Source: an uncultured Eubacteriales bacterium
GTDB taxonomy: Bacteria > Bacillota_I > Bacilli_A > RFN20 > CAG-288
DNA: 64,000 nucleotides
Reading direction: 5' to 3'
NCBI GenBank assembly: GCA_900316035.1
Contig: ONBI01000002.1
Coordinates: 14,028-78,027, forward strand
Part shown: one piece after another, positions 27,853-37,736 of the stretch
How positions within the stretch are numbered: the stretch's first letter is position 1
Layout: every line of letters begins with the position of its first letter
Notes under the pieces: generated by a model
The model's input: the letters and a program-made list of their open reading frames with translations, nothing else
The model's database searches: none
Told to the model about the DNA's origin: nothing
Made by a program: the position numbers and the translations under genes

Positions 27853-28314
27853 ATGGAAAACGAAAAGAAGAATGTCGAAGTCGAAGAAAAGAAAGAAGTT
27901 GCGCCGAAGAAGGAAAATGTCCCTGCTTCTTATGCTCATCCGTTCTGGTCGATCTTCAATGATTTCTTCGATGATGGTACCGATGAAGATGTCATGAGAA
28001 CCGATATCTCCGATGAAGGCAAGAATTACAAGCTTGAAGTCGAAGTGCCGGGTGTCGACAAGAAAGATATCCATGTTGCTCTGAAGAACGGCTATCTTAC
28101 GATTTCTGCTAAGACACAGCGTAACAGCCATGAAGGCTCTGGAAAGTATCTTCATACGGAAAGATACTTCGGATCTTTCTCCCGCTCCTACTATGTCGGT
28201 AATCAGGTAGAGAAGAAAGATTTGGCCGCTAGCTACAACGATGGTCTTCTTACCGTTACAATCGCGAAACCTACTCCGAAAGAAGAAGAGAGTAACGAGA
28301 TCAGCATCGCTTAA
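27853..28314 (+). CDS. Hsp20/alpha-crystallin small heat-shock protein, copy 2 (tandem paralog)
   Basis: 153 aa, colinear with and highly similar to copy 1 along its whole length. Confidence 0.9.
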   Translation: MENEKKNVEVEEKKEVAPKKENVPASYAHPFWSIFNDFFDDGTDEDVMRTDISDEGKNYKLEVEVPGVDKKDIHVALKNGYLTISAKTQRNSHEGSGKYLHTERYFGSFSRSYYVGNQVEKKDLAASYNDGLLTVTIAKPTPKEEESNEISIA

Positions 28315-28356
28315 CATCGATATTAAATTCCATTCCCAAATAATCCGTTCCTTTTT

Positions 28357-28388
28357 GGCCTCCCGCCTAACCGGGAGGCCACATTTTA
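28357..28388 (+). terminator. hairpin / probable terminator after hsp20-2
   Basis: GGCCTCCCG-cctaa-CGGGAGGCC stem. The downstream U-tract is weak (ACATTTTA). Confidence 0.4.
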
Positions 28389-28454
28389 TATCTGGAAATA
28401 CATTGGGTAACACTATCTTTTCGGCAAGAGTGTTTCCTCGCTTCCGCGGGAAAA

Positions 28455-28916
28455 ATGGTTTGTCGAATAAGGGACAGCCCAAAACGTGTGGTTTTATCGA
28501 ATTGTTACGACCGCGAAAAAAGAGAAGAAAATCCGTTTGAAACAAGCCCTTTAATAAAGGGAAGTCTGCCGAAAAAACCGGTCAAAATCGATATTGACTT
28601 CCATTTTTCCTGCTGGTTTTTTAGGGAAAAAAGGGAGGCAGAAAAAATAATTTCTCTTGTCGTTTCCCTTCTCTTTCCCTTTGTTGTCATCGTCTACCAT
28701 GAGGAGCTGAAGTTTCCTTATACGGAGAGATCTCTTTTATGGGATAACCTTGCTGTCTTCTTTACTTTCTCCACTGGCATCGCGGCTAGTGTGTTCATAC
28801 ACTATTTTTATCCTGATGACATCTCTGCAGCAGCATTCATTGCCGATTTTTTATTTACAACAGGTGTGATGCTCAATAGGTTTCATAAAATCTATTCCAA
28901 GCAAAAGCGTGTATAG
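28455..28916 (+). CDS. questionable ORF; the C-terminal about 90 aa look like a 3-TM membrane protein
   Basis: 153-aa ORF. The hydrophobic part is preceded by AAGGGAGG plus 8 nt but with ATA/ATT rather than a canonical start. The N-terminal 60 aa are atypical. Confidence 0.25.
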   Translation: MVCRIRDSPKRVVLSNCYDREKREENPFETSPLIKGSLPKKPVKIDIDFHFSCWFFREKREAEKIISLVVSLLFPFVVIVYHEELKFPYTERSLLWDNLAVFFTFSTGIAASVFIHYFYPDDISAAAFIADFLFTTGVMLNRFHKIYSKQKRV

Positions 28917-29209
28917 TTCACGCGGAAGACGACCATGGAAAACGCGATTGCTGAGATACGATTTGTTCTCTGACAAACAAGAGCAATAGCCCTATTCCCG
29001 TTATCAGACTTCTTTCGAAAACGGTTATCTACGGAATCTGTTCTCTTTGAGTCTACTATCTTGCTTCCATAATGATGGCGAAGAAGCCGAGATGGAAATA
29101 TCGCTTGTTTTTCCCGCTTAACAAATACATAGGAATTCACAGTATTCTCTTCCTAGTGTATGAGGGCAGTTTCTTTGGATGGCAGAGGCTGTTTTTACTT
29201 ACACATATT

Positions 29210-29238
29210 TTTACACTTCCGCTTTAAACCTTTATAAT
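29210..29238 (+). promoter_or_regulatory. candidate promoter of pncB-nadD-nadE
   Basis: TTTACA (29210-15), 17 nt, TATAAT (29233-38). Direct TTACAC repeats lie just upstream or overlapping. Confidence 0.45.
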
Positions 29239-29269
29239 GGTAACGACATTTTTAAGGAGAACACTCGCT

Positions 29270-30781
29270 ATGATCAAAGTAGAACCCTACATCCCGGATG
29301 AAGACTATGACAATCCGGCGATGGTGACCGATTTTTATGAGTTCTCGATGGCCAACTGCCTCTATCTTCACGGATTCAAGGATAAAGTTTTAGTTTTCGA
29401 TATGTTCTTTAGAAAGAACCCTTCCGACATGGGATATTCGATTTCCTGTGGTCAGGATAAACTCACGAAGTTCCTTCTCAATTACCATTTCACGGATCGT
29501 GACTTGAAGTATCTCCGTTTCAAAGGAATGAGTGAAGAATTCTGTGAATACTTAAGAACCTATAAATGGAAAGGCGACATGTATGCCTTGAGAGAAGGCA
29601 CTGTCTGCTATCCGCAGGTTCCGATGGTCCGTATCGAATGCGATATGGTCGGTGCGATCCTTATTGAAACCTATCTTCTTCAGACGATGAACTTCCATTC
29701 TCTGATTGCGACGAAGGCGACCAGAATCTCCGGCCTTGCCACCCATCAGAAGAGAAGCGTCATGGAGTTCGGTACCCGTAGAGCACAGGGTGAAAGCGCT
29801 GGTAACGAAGGCGCTTATGCTGCGGTTTTAGGAGGTTGTATCGGTACTGCCAACTGCTTAGCTGAGATGAAATATGGCCCCGAAGTCAAAGCGGTCGGTA
29901 CGGTTGCCCACTCTTTCATCGAATTCTTCCCGACCGAGTTAGATGCTTTCCGTGCTTTTGCGGAAACCTATCCGGAGAATGTCTCTCTGCTTCTGGATAC
30001 TTACTCTATCTTTGAACAGGGATTACCGGATCTGATTACCATCGATAACGAACTCATCAAGAAATATCCGAACGATCCGAATAAGAGAGTCAAGTCTGCC
30101 CGTATCGATTCCGGTGACTTAGCCCGTGAATATAAGAAGCTGAGAAAAGCGTTAGACAAAGCAGGTAAACCTTATATCAAGTTGGTCGCTTCGAACTCTT
30201 TGGATGAGAAGAAGATGGCCAATATGGAGTTATATGAAGACGCTCATTTCGACTCCTATGGTGTCGGTGAAAGACTGATCACTTCGAGCGATGATCCGGT
30301 TTTCGGCGGTGTCTATAAATTGGTTGCTATCAAAAACGAGGATGGCACCTATGAACCGAAAATGAAATGTTCCGATTCTCCTTCAAAGGCAGTTATTCCT
30401 GGAAAGTTGATGGCTTGGCGTGTTTTTGATGAGAACGATCAGGGACAGTGCGATATTATCTCCCTCGATGAGGAAGTTATCGAAGCCGGAAAAGAAATTG
30501 AAGTCCTCAATCTCGACCGCGATGAATTCGACCGTCGTAAGACCATCAAGCCGGTCCGTGTGGAAAAGCTTTTAATTCCGTTTGTCATCCATGGGGAACT
30601 TGCTCAGAAACTTCCTTCTATCACCGAGAAGAAAGAATACATCCGCGATCAGCTGGAGCATCATGTCTGGGAATCCGAACTCCGTCCGGAAGTTCCGCAT
30701 GTCCACTATGTCGATCTGACGATGAAGTTAGCCAGCGTCCGCGAAAGCATGTACCATAAGCTCCACGGAGGAAATCTCTGA
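29270..30781 (+). CDS. pncB: nicotinate phosphoribosyltransferase
   Basis: Motifs MVTDFYEFSMAN and FGTRRAQG. Start set at MIKVEPY (29270), after AAGGAG. The listed ORF starts 33 nt earlier. Confidence 0.85.
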   Translation: MIKVEPYIPDEDYDNPAMVTDFYEFSMANCLYLHGFKDKVLVFDMFFRKNPSDMGYSISCGQDKLTKFLLNYHFTDRDLKYLRFKGMSEEFCEYLRTYKWKGDMYALREGTVCYPQVPMVRIECDMVGAILIETYLLQTMNFHSLIATKATRISGLATHQKRSVMEFGTRRAQGESAGNEGAYAAVLGGCIGTANCLAEMKYGPEVKAVGTVAHSFIEFFPTELDAFRAFAETYPENVSLLLDTYSIFEQGLPDLITIDNELIKKYPNDPNKRVKSARIDSGDLAREYKKLRKALDKAGKPYIKLVASNSLDEKKMANMELYEDAHFDSYGVGERLITSSDDPVFGGVYKLVAIKNEDGTYEPKMKCSDSPSKAVIPGKLMAWRVFDENDQGQCDIISLDEEVIEAGKEIEVLNLDRDEFDRRKTIKPVRVEKLLIPFVIHGELAQKLPSITEKKEYIRDQLEHHVWESELRPEVPHVHYVDLTMKLASVRESMYHKLHGGNL

Positions 30782-30782
30782 T

Positions 30783-31394
30783 TTGAAGGCTCTCTTTTTT
30801 GGCGGAGCCTTCAATCCGCCGAGTCTTGCACATATCGAGATGGCCTATGAGGCTATGAAAGCAGTCGGTTATGACCGCGTTGTTTTCGTTCCCTCCAAAT
30901 CTCGGTATATTCAAGAAGACGAAAAGAAAAAACTTCTTTTTGAGGAAGAAGAACGTTTCCATCTGCTCTCTCTTGTCGCTTCTACCCGTCCGTGGATGGA
31001 AGTTTCCCGTATCGAGCTGGATCAGAAAGAACAACCTCGAACCTATTCGACGATGAAAGCCTTAGCTCCGAAGTATGAATCTCTGAAGCTTCTTTTAGGG
31101 AGCGATAAGTTAGGAGAACTTGAAACCGTCTGGCGTCATATCGATGATATCGGAAAGGAATTCGGTTTTGTCTGTATGACAAGAAACCACGATAATGTGG
31201 AGAAGATCTTCGCAGAGAATGAATATCTGAAGAAGCGGAGATCTTACTTCCAGGTGATTTCCCCTTTAGAAAAATATCAGGATATCTCTTCGACCTTGAT
31301 CCGTGAGAAAATAAAGAGGAAAGAATCTCTGAAAGGATTGGTCCCGGAAGAGATTCGCGAAGAAGTTGAGAAAAAGGAGTATTCCCGAGTATGA
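30783..31394 (+). CDS. nadD: nicotinate-nucleotide adenylyltransferase
   Basis: FFGGAFNPPSLAHIEMA nucleotidyltransferase motif. TTG start with GGAGGA about 10 nt upstream. Overlaps the nadE start. Confidence 0.75.
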   Translation: MKALFFGGAFNPPSLAHIEMAYEAMKAVGYDRVVFVPSKSRYIQEDEKKKLLFEEEERFHLLSLVASTRPWMEVSRIELDQKEQPRTYSTMKALAPKYESLKLLLGSDKLGELETVWRHIDDIGKEFGFVCMTRNHDNVEKIFAENEYLKKRRSYFQVISPLEKYQDISSTLIREKIKRKESLKGLVPEEIREEVEKKEYSRV

Positions 31395-33337
31395 AGAATT
31401 CCTATGTAAAAGCCGGTCTTGCTCTTCCGAGCATGAAGATTGCGGATGTCTCCTATAACGTCTCTCAGGTGGAAAAACTGTTCCTCAGTCAAAATGACCT
31501 CGGCATTCTTCTTTTCCCGGAGCTTTCTCTTTCCGGTTATACCTGTGGAGATCTTTTCTTCCAAGATTCTCTCTTGGATGCCTGCTTAGAAGGACTGAAG
31601 AAACTGAAGGAAGATTCCAAGCAGAAGAAAGGAACTCTTCTGATTGTCGGTTTACCACTCCGCAGAGGAAATGCTCTTTATAATGTCGCTGCTTTGATCA
31701 ACGATGGCCATATCTTAGGCTTTGTTCCGAAATCGAATCTTCCGAATTATTCGGAGTTCTATGAACGCCGTTGGTTTGCTTCTGGCTATGGTAAGACCAA
31801 CCAAGTCGTATCTTTCGATGGGGAAGAAGTTCCCTTCGGAACGGATCTTCTTTTTGCCGATGACGATGCTATCGTCGGTGTAGAAATCTGTGAGGATCTC
31901 TTTGTTCCGGATAAACCTTCGACTCACCTTGCTTTAGGCGGAGCTAATATCCTCTGCAACCTCTCGGCCAGTGATGAGATCATCGGTAAGAGAGAATACC
32001 GTAGAGACTTAGTGAAGATGCAGTCTGCCGATTGCTACTGCGATTATCTTTATGTTTCTTCGGGGACCGATGAATCTTCAACCGATCTGGTTTTCTCTGG
32101 TCAGAGATTAGTCGGTGATAACGGAACGGTTTTAGTCGATGAGATTTATCCGGAAGAGAATTCTATCAAGACGGTTGTTCTGGATACGAGTAAATCAATT
32201 CATAACCGTATCCATCAGAACACTTTCCGTGTAAAGGATTCCCGCCTTTACCGGACGATTCCAACCGATATTCAGAGACTCGGAGAGAAAGAAACAACTC
32301 TTAGTGAACTCAAGAAGAAGTTAAGTGATGAAAACTTTGTAATTGCGCGTAATCCTTTCCTTCCTACCGATGAAGATATCGCGAAGAGAGCGGAGACGAT
32401 TCTCGCCATTCAGGCTCATGGTTTAGTAACCAGAGTCAGAAAGACACATCTTTATAATCTGGTCATCGGTGTTTCCGGTGGACTTGATTCGACGTTGGCT
32501 TTACTGGTGATGAAGGAAGCGCAGCGCATTGAACCGAAGATTCAACTGATTGCCTATACAATGCCGAACAAAGGAAACACTTCTTCCTTGACGTATCGCA
32601 ACGCACAGGCTTTGATGAAGGAATTAGGTTGTGAGATTCATGAAGTCGATATCCATAGCGGTGTGGCAAAACACCTGAAGGATATCGGACATAAAGAAGA
32701 ATACGAAGGCGAAAGAGATACGGCCTATGAGAATGCGCAGGCCCGTATGCGCACCTATATTCTGATGGATGTTGCCAATATGCGTTCCGGTTTAGTGGTC
32801 GGAACCGGAGATCTTTCCGAACTTGCTTTAGGCTGGTGCACTTATAACGGCGACCATATGTCGATGTATGGTGTCAACGCTTCGATTCCGAAGACTCTGG
32901 TGAAGTATCTTGTCCGCGCTTATGCCGATAAGAGCGAAGATATGAAACTGAAGAAGACTCTTTATTCGATTCTCGATACGCCGATCACTCCGGAACTGAC
33001 CCCGAATCGGAATGGTGTCATCGCGCAGAAGACCGAAGAGAAGATTGGGAAATACGATCTCAACGATTTCTTCCTCTTCTATCTTCTTCGTTATGGCTAT
33101 AGTCCGGACCATATTCTTCTTTTAGCAAGTCTTGCTTATCCGGAAGTTTCGCTGGCGGATCTTAAGAACGCCGAGAAACGTTTCTATTCCCGATTCTTCT
33201 CTCAGGCTTTCAAGAGAAGTTGTCTTCCGGATGGCCCGAAAGTCGGTTCCCTTTCCCTTTCTCCGCGCGGAGATTACCGTATGCCTTCCGATGCCGAAGT
33301 AGAGATGTATCTTCAGATTATCGATAAAGCAGAGTAG
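31391..33337 (+). CDS. nadE: glutamine-dependent NAD+ synthetase (CN-hydrolase plus synthetase domains)
   Basis: 648 aa. N-terminal nitrilase-like domain and the GVSGGLDSTLAL PP-loop. Confidence 0.85.
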   Translation: MKNSYVKAGLALPSMKIADVSYNVSQVEKLFLSQNDLGILLFPELSLSGYTCGDLFFQDSLLDACLEGLKKLKEDSKQKKGTLLIVGLPLRRGNALYNVAALINDGHILGFVPKSNLPNYSEFYERRWFASGYGKTNQVVSFDGEEVPFGTDLLFADDDAIVGVEICEDLFVPDKPSTHLALGGANILCNLSASDEIIGKREYRRDLVKMQSADCYCDYLYVSSGTDESSTDLVFSGQRLVGDNGTVLVDEIYPEENSIKTVVLDTSKSIHNRIHQNTFRVKDSRLYRTIPTDIQRLGEKETTLSELKKKLSDENFVIARNPFLPTDEDIAKRAETILAIQAHGLVTRVRKTHLYNLVIGVSGGLDSTLALLVMKEAQRIEPKIQLIAYTMPNKGNTSSLTYRNAQALMKELGCEIHEVDIHSGVAKHLKDIGHKEEYEGERDTAYENAQARMRTYILMDVANMRSGLVVGTGDLSELALGWCTYNGDHMSMYGVNASIPKTLVKYLVRAYADKSEDMKLKKTLYSILDTPITPELTPNRNGVIAQKTEEKIGKYDLNDFFLFYLLRYGYSPDHILLLASLAYPEVSLADLKNAEKRFYSRFFSQAFKRSCLPDGPKVGSLSLSPRGDYRMPSDAEVEMYLQIIDKAE

Positions 33338-33417
33338 AAAAGCGCATTTTTGCCCTCTTCAAGTCCTTTCTTTCCATCTCTGAGGTTTTATAATAGGAAA
33401 CATCAAGGAGAACATCT

Positions 33418-34596
33418 ATGTCCAACTTGAGACGTACGTATCTTTTTGCTTTGCTCTTTAATATTGCTATCGCGGCATTCACGGTCTTCGGTACCTTGAT
33501 GGTTCTTACCGATCTCTCTTTCCCGTGGTCGACACAAAGCGAATCCCCCTCTGAGTTCTTTTCCCGTTATTCCAATATCGCTAACCTTCTTTATGGATCG
33601 GCTTCTCTGATTACGATTCCGTTCCTTCTTTTCGGCATGATCACAAATCATCCTTTCCCGAAGGGCGGATTTTTGGATCAACTGAAGTTTGTTCTCAGCG
33701 TCAACCTGCTATTGGTCCTCTTTGTCTCTTTGGTTTATCTGGTTCCGGTTTCTTCTTTGAGTGATACCTTCTGGAATCAGAATCATCTTTTCTTCCGTCT
33801 GGTTCTTCCGTTACTGGCTTTCTTCAATGAAGTTCTTTTTGAAAACAGAGTCCGTATTCCTTTCTCCCATCTCTTCTATTCTCTGATTCCGATCGGATGC
33901 TATTCTCTTTTCTATATTGTCTATATCCTGGTTCATTACTCGAACAATGAAGTTTCTCCGGAATATGATTTTTATGGGTTTGTTCAGCCTTTCGGTGTCG
34001 GTTTCGGTTTAGTGGTTTTCTTCCTGGTTCTGCTTTCTACCGTAATATTGGCGATGCTTGTCTATTATCTCCGTAACCGCATGAGAGTTCTTCTCTATGG
34101 TTATGAACCGGAAGAAGGAGAACCCCTGAAGACCACTGCTCCGAAATCTATCATTGCGGAAGAGGAAGATAACGAAGAAATCGTCTCCGATGAGGTGTTA
34201 GGTCATCTCGGTGATGAAGACCAGGAAAAATGGAAGAAGCTTCTTGCTTCTCCCGAAAAGAAGAAAGACGGACCGACTTCCGATACGATGGAAATCATTT
34301 TGACTTATGCCACTGATACCGGTGCCGTCCACAATGTGAAGAAATTAGTTCATAAGCAGAAAGGCACTTTCGCTCCCGAAGAGAATATCCAGAAATTACC
34401 GGATACCAATAAGGTCTATCATATCTACCGCAAGCCTTTCTCCTGCAAGTGGGAACTTAGAGCTAGCGGAGATGAAAAAGGTATCGGTCTATACCATACG
34501 CCAGCCGAAGCTTTGGAAGAAGCAAGAAAGAGAGTTCAGATGAGAGGTGGCTCTATCATGGCTCATTACACTCGCTTCTCGGCAAAAGCATACTGA
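33418..34596 (+). CDS. polytopic membrane protein fused to a C-terminal DUF2188-like domain
   Basis: About seven hydrophobic helices and an acidic linker. C-terminus VYHIYRKPFSCKWELRASGDEKGIGLYHTPAEALEEARKRVQMRGGSIMAH resembles DUF2188. Confidence 0.55.
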   Translation: MSNLRRTYLFALLFNIAIAAFTVFGTLMVLTDLSFPWSTQSESPSEFFSRYSNIANLLYGSASLITIPFLLFGMITNHPFPKGGFLDQLKFVLSVNLLLVLFVSLVYLVPVSSLSDTFWNQNHLFFRLVLPLLAFFNEVLFENRVRIPFSHLFYSLIPIGCYSLFYIVYILVHYSNNEVSPEYDFYGFVQPFGVGFGLVVFFLVLLSTVILAMLVYYLRNRMRVLLYGYEPEEGEPLKTTAPKSIIAEEEDNEEIVSDEVLGHLGDEDQEKWKKLLASPEKKKDGPTSDTMEIILTYATDTGAVHNVKKLVHKQKGTFAPEENIQKLPDTNKVYHIYRKPFSCKWELRASGDEKGIGLYHTPAEALEEARKRVQMRGGSIMAHYTRFSAKAY

Positions 34597-34621
34597 TTAA
34601 AGAGAAAAAAGTTGTTCCATA

Positions 34622-34672
34622 GAAAAGGACTTTCTAAGCCTCCTCATATTGGGGGTGATAGAAAGTCCTTTC
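34622..34672. terminator. bidirectional terminator between convergent genes
   Basis: 12-bp stem AAGGACTTTCTA / TAGAAAGTCCTT with T-rich flanks on both strands. Confidence 0.5.
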
Positions 34673-34677
34673 TTCTT

Positions 34678-36180
34678 TTATTTTGTCTCTAACTTAGCAA
34701 CCGGCTTTTCTTCTTTTCCAAGCTTCTTGAATATGATAATGATTGAAGGGATGATGACGATAGCTCCAGAGAAGAACCAAGTGATCGGATCGGCCCAACA
34801 GACCATCTGATAAGCGGTGATCGTCGCTTCGGAATTGATTGGTCCCTCGTTGATGACACTCGGTAAGAAAGCGCAGATGACAACACGGGTGATGAGTTCC
34901 GAGATACCACCTAATAACGGGAAGAGCGGTTTTCCTAATCCCTGAATCGTATTGCGCCCCATATAGATCGTACCGAGGAAGAAGTAGAAAGGAAGTGCGA
35001 TATAAAGATACGTATTTCCATATAGTAGTGAACCATCCGTGATCTTATCGGAAGCTAAGAAGATATGTTGATAAGCTCCGTTGATCGTGAGAAGAAGACC
35101 TATAGTCATTAAGAAGGCAGCCAGTAACATCATCAAGCCATAACCGGCAATGAATCCTTTTTTGATACGGTCGATTTTATTGGCACCTTTGTTCTGAGAG
35201 ATATAGGTAAGCATACCCATACCGACTGCATTGAGGAAGTTCATCAGAACACCGGAGAGCTTGTTGGAGACGCCATAACCCATCTGAGCCGGGTTATTGG
35301 GAATGGTCATTCCGTTTGGCATGATATCAAACGGGATGATAGCCGCCTGCATGACGACAACACCGATATAGAGAATCGAATATTGGAAACCTAAGGGAAG
35401 ACCGAACCAGAGATGTTTGGCGATGTATTTGCCGTCAAACGCCATATCTTCTTTATGGATACGAAGCTTCGGATAGCGGAGGAAGGCATATAAGAAAGCA
35501 CCGAAAGCCGATAAGAACTGAGAGATGACCGTCGCATAAGCAGAACCGGCAACACCCAATTTCAGCGGGATGATGAAGAGAAGATCCAGGAAGACATTGA
35601 GGATGGTAGATAAGACGAGGAACAGGAACGGAAGGAAGGAATCCCCGATACCGCGTAAGACCGCGGTGATCAGGTTATAGAACATCTGAGAGAAGATACC
35701 GTAGATGAAGAGAATTGCCATATACGTTCTTGCGGATTCATAGATAGCCTGCATGTTGCTATCGGTTTCGGAAGGTGTGATCTTCAGAACGGAGAGCATG
35801 AAATCGATAAGGAAGTAAGCAACAATCGTAAGAATCACTGTAAGGATGGCAGAGAGAACAATCTGAATAAAGAAGGATTGCCGCATTCTCTTTTCATCTC
35901 CGGCACCGACTGCATCGGAGAGAAGAGTAGAGAAACCGGCGGTCAGGCCGTTGGTGAAGGTGAGAACTAAGAAGATCATCGGAATCGCATCGGAGACACC
36001 GGCGATTTCATTTGAAGAGAGGTTCTGACCGACGATGATGGAATCGGTTAAAGAATAGAGCTGTTGGAAGATCATCGAAAGCATGATCGGGATGAAAAAC
36101 GGAATCATGACTTTGAGGATTCTTCCCTGGGTCAGATCGACCGGGTCAAAAAGCTTTTTAAAACGCTGAAATACATTCAT
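34678..36180 (-). CDS. MATE-family efflux transporter
   Basis: Twelve-TM-type sequence with MATE features. Start set at MNVFQRFKKLF (36180). The listed ORF starts 54 nt upstream. Confidence 0.8.
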   Translation of the reverse strand: MNVFQRFKKLFDPVDLTQGRILKVMIPFFIPIMLSMIFQQLYSLTDSIIVGQNLSSNEIAGVSDAIPMIFLVLTFTNGLTAGFSTLLSDAVGAGDEKRMRQSFFIQIVLSAILTVILTIVAYFLIDFMLSVLKITPSETDSNMQAIYESARTYMAILFIYGIFSQMFYNLITAVLRGIGDSFLPFLFLVLSTILNVFLDLLFIIPLKLGVAGSAYATVISQFLSAFGAFLYAFLRYPKLRIHKEDMAFDGKYIAKHLWFGLPLGFQYSILYIGVVVMQAAIIPFDIMPNGMTIPNNPAQMGYGVSNKLSGVLMNFLNAVGMGMLTYISQNKGANKIDRIKKGFIAGYGLMMLLAAFLMTIGLLLTINGAYQHIFLASDKITDGSLLYGNTYLYIALPFYFFLGTIYMGRNTIQGLGKPLFPLLGGISELITRVVICAFLPSVINEGPINSEATITAYQMVCWADPITWFFSGAIVIIPSIIIIFKKLGKEEKPVAKLETK

Positions 36181-36283
36181 AAGACACCGCCTATTAAAGA
36201 GCACTGTTGTTCTTGACGAGTATTTACTATACAACGGCGTCCTAGATTGTCCTCTTTGAAAAGGGTTACTTTGGCTTGCAAAT

Positions 36284-36316
36284 CAAAAAAAGAGGCAACA
36301 CGTAGGTCACCTCTTT
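36284..36316 (-). terminator. rho-independent terminator after serS
   Basis: Minus strand reads AAGAGG-loop-CCTCTT followed by TTTTTTT. Confidence 0.55.
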
Positions 36317-36335
36317 GGTATCGATAGAAGAAAGA

Positions 36336-37658
36336 TTACTTGATGACGTCCATATGCATATACGGACGTAAGACTTCCGGAACGGTGATAGAACCATCGG
36401 CGTTCTGGTAGTTCTCAATGACGGCAGCCGTTGTTCTACCGACGGCAAGACCGGAACCGTTGAGCATGTGGACGAACTCGGTCTTGGAATCCTTATCTCT
36501 CTTGAAACGGATATTCATACGTCTAGCCTGATAATCCGTATCATTGGAGCAGGAAGAGATTTCCTTGTAGTTCATCGTCGAAGGAACATAGATGCCGTCC
36601 TTTTCGACATAGTCGTTATAGGACGGAAGCCAGACTTCGAGATCGTAACACTTGGCAGCGGAGAATCCGACATCGCCGGTGGATAAGCAGACTCTGCGAT
36701 AAGGAAGCTTCAGTAACTCAAGGATGCATTCGGCTTCTTCGGTGATGGATTCGAGCTCTTCGAAGGATTTCTCCGGTAAACAGAACTTGACCATCTCAAC
36801 TTTCTGGAATTGATGCTGACGGATGATACCACGGGTATCTCTGCCGGCGGCACCGGCTTCCGCACGGAAGCAGGAAGAATAAGCAGCAAACCACTTAGGA
36901 AGTTCGCTAGCCATCAGGATCTCGTTACGATAGTAGTTAGTGACAGGGACTTCGGCAGTCGGGATGAGCCAGAAGGTATCACCGGTGTTATTGGTCATAT
37001 AGGCCTGATCGGCGAACTTCGGAAGCTGACCCGAACCGGTTAAAGAATCGGTGTTAACGAGATACGGAGGTAAGACTTCGGTGAAACCATGAGCGACATG
37101 GGTATCAAGCATGAAGGCAGCTAAGCATCTTTCCAGACGGGCGAAAGCACCGAGATAGAAAGTGAAACGGGAACCGGTGACCTTCGCAGCTCTATCGACA
37201 TCGAAGTAACCTAATTCCTGACCTAATTCCCAATGCGACTTCGGCTTGAAGGTGAAGGTTGTCGGACGATGCCAATACTTCTCCGGACGGTTATAGGAAT
37301 CATCGGTACCGATCGGAAGAGATTTATCGGGAAGATTCGGAGTCTTGAGCATGATCTCATGGATCTTCTCATCGATTTCGGCTTTCTCATTATCAAGACG
37401 GGCAATCTCGTCCTTATCGAAGGAAATCTTCTTCATCAGTTCGGCAGCTTCGGCATCTTTATGTGCGGCTTTGAGCTTACCGATATTCTTCGACTGGCTG
37501 TTTCTTTCGGCCTTGAGAGCATCGCCTTTGATGATGCATTCCTTACGTTTGCTATCCAGTTCCGGAAGTTCTCTCAGATAAGAGAAATCGCCGGTTCTTG
37601 TCTCTAAGCGTTTGATGACCTCGTCGAGGTTATCGATGACATATTTCACATCTAGCAT
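36336..37658 (-). CDS. serS: seryl-tRNA synthetase
   Basis: 440 aa. N-terminal coiled-coil arm plus class II core (FRAEAGAAGRDTRGIIRQHQFQKVE). Confidence 0.9.
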   Translation of the reverse strand: MLDVKYVIDNLDEVIKRLETRTGDFSYLRELPELDSKRKECIIKGDALKAERNSQSKNIGKLKAAHKDAEAAELMKKISFDKDEIARLDNEKAEIDEKIHEIMLKTPNLPDKSLPIGTDDSYNRPEKYWHRPTTFTFKPKSHWELGQELGYFDVDRAAKVTGSRFTFYLGAFARLERCLAAFMLDTHVAHGFTEVLPPYLVNTDSLTGSGQLPKFADQAYMTNNTGDTFWLIPTAEVPVTNYYRNEILMASELPKWFAAYSSCFRAEAGAAGRDTRGIIRQHQFQKVEMVKFCLPEKSFEELESITEEAECILELLKLPYRRVCLSTGDVGFSAAKCYDLEVWLPSYNDYVEKDGIYVPSTMNYKEISSCSNDTDYQARRMNIRFKRDKDSKTEFVHMLNGSGLAVGRTTAAVIENYQNADGSITVPEVLRPYMHMDVIK

Positions 37659-37736
37659 TTTCGTACTCCTTTTTGAATAAACGCCAATAGTGGCCTAAAA
37701 AATTGTAGTCTTTTCCCTATTTGAGTGCAAGGTTAG

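Noticed and set aside
27793-28545. 250-aa minus-strand ORF
   Set aside because: It is entirely antisense to hsp20-2 and its promoter and terminator. It has no SD, and the sense strand holds a clear Hsp20 gene, so this is a shadow ORF.
28892-29140. 82-aa minus-strand ORF
   Set aside because: It has no SD and no recognisable family. It lies in the pncB promoter-proximal region and is likely spurious.
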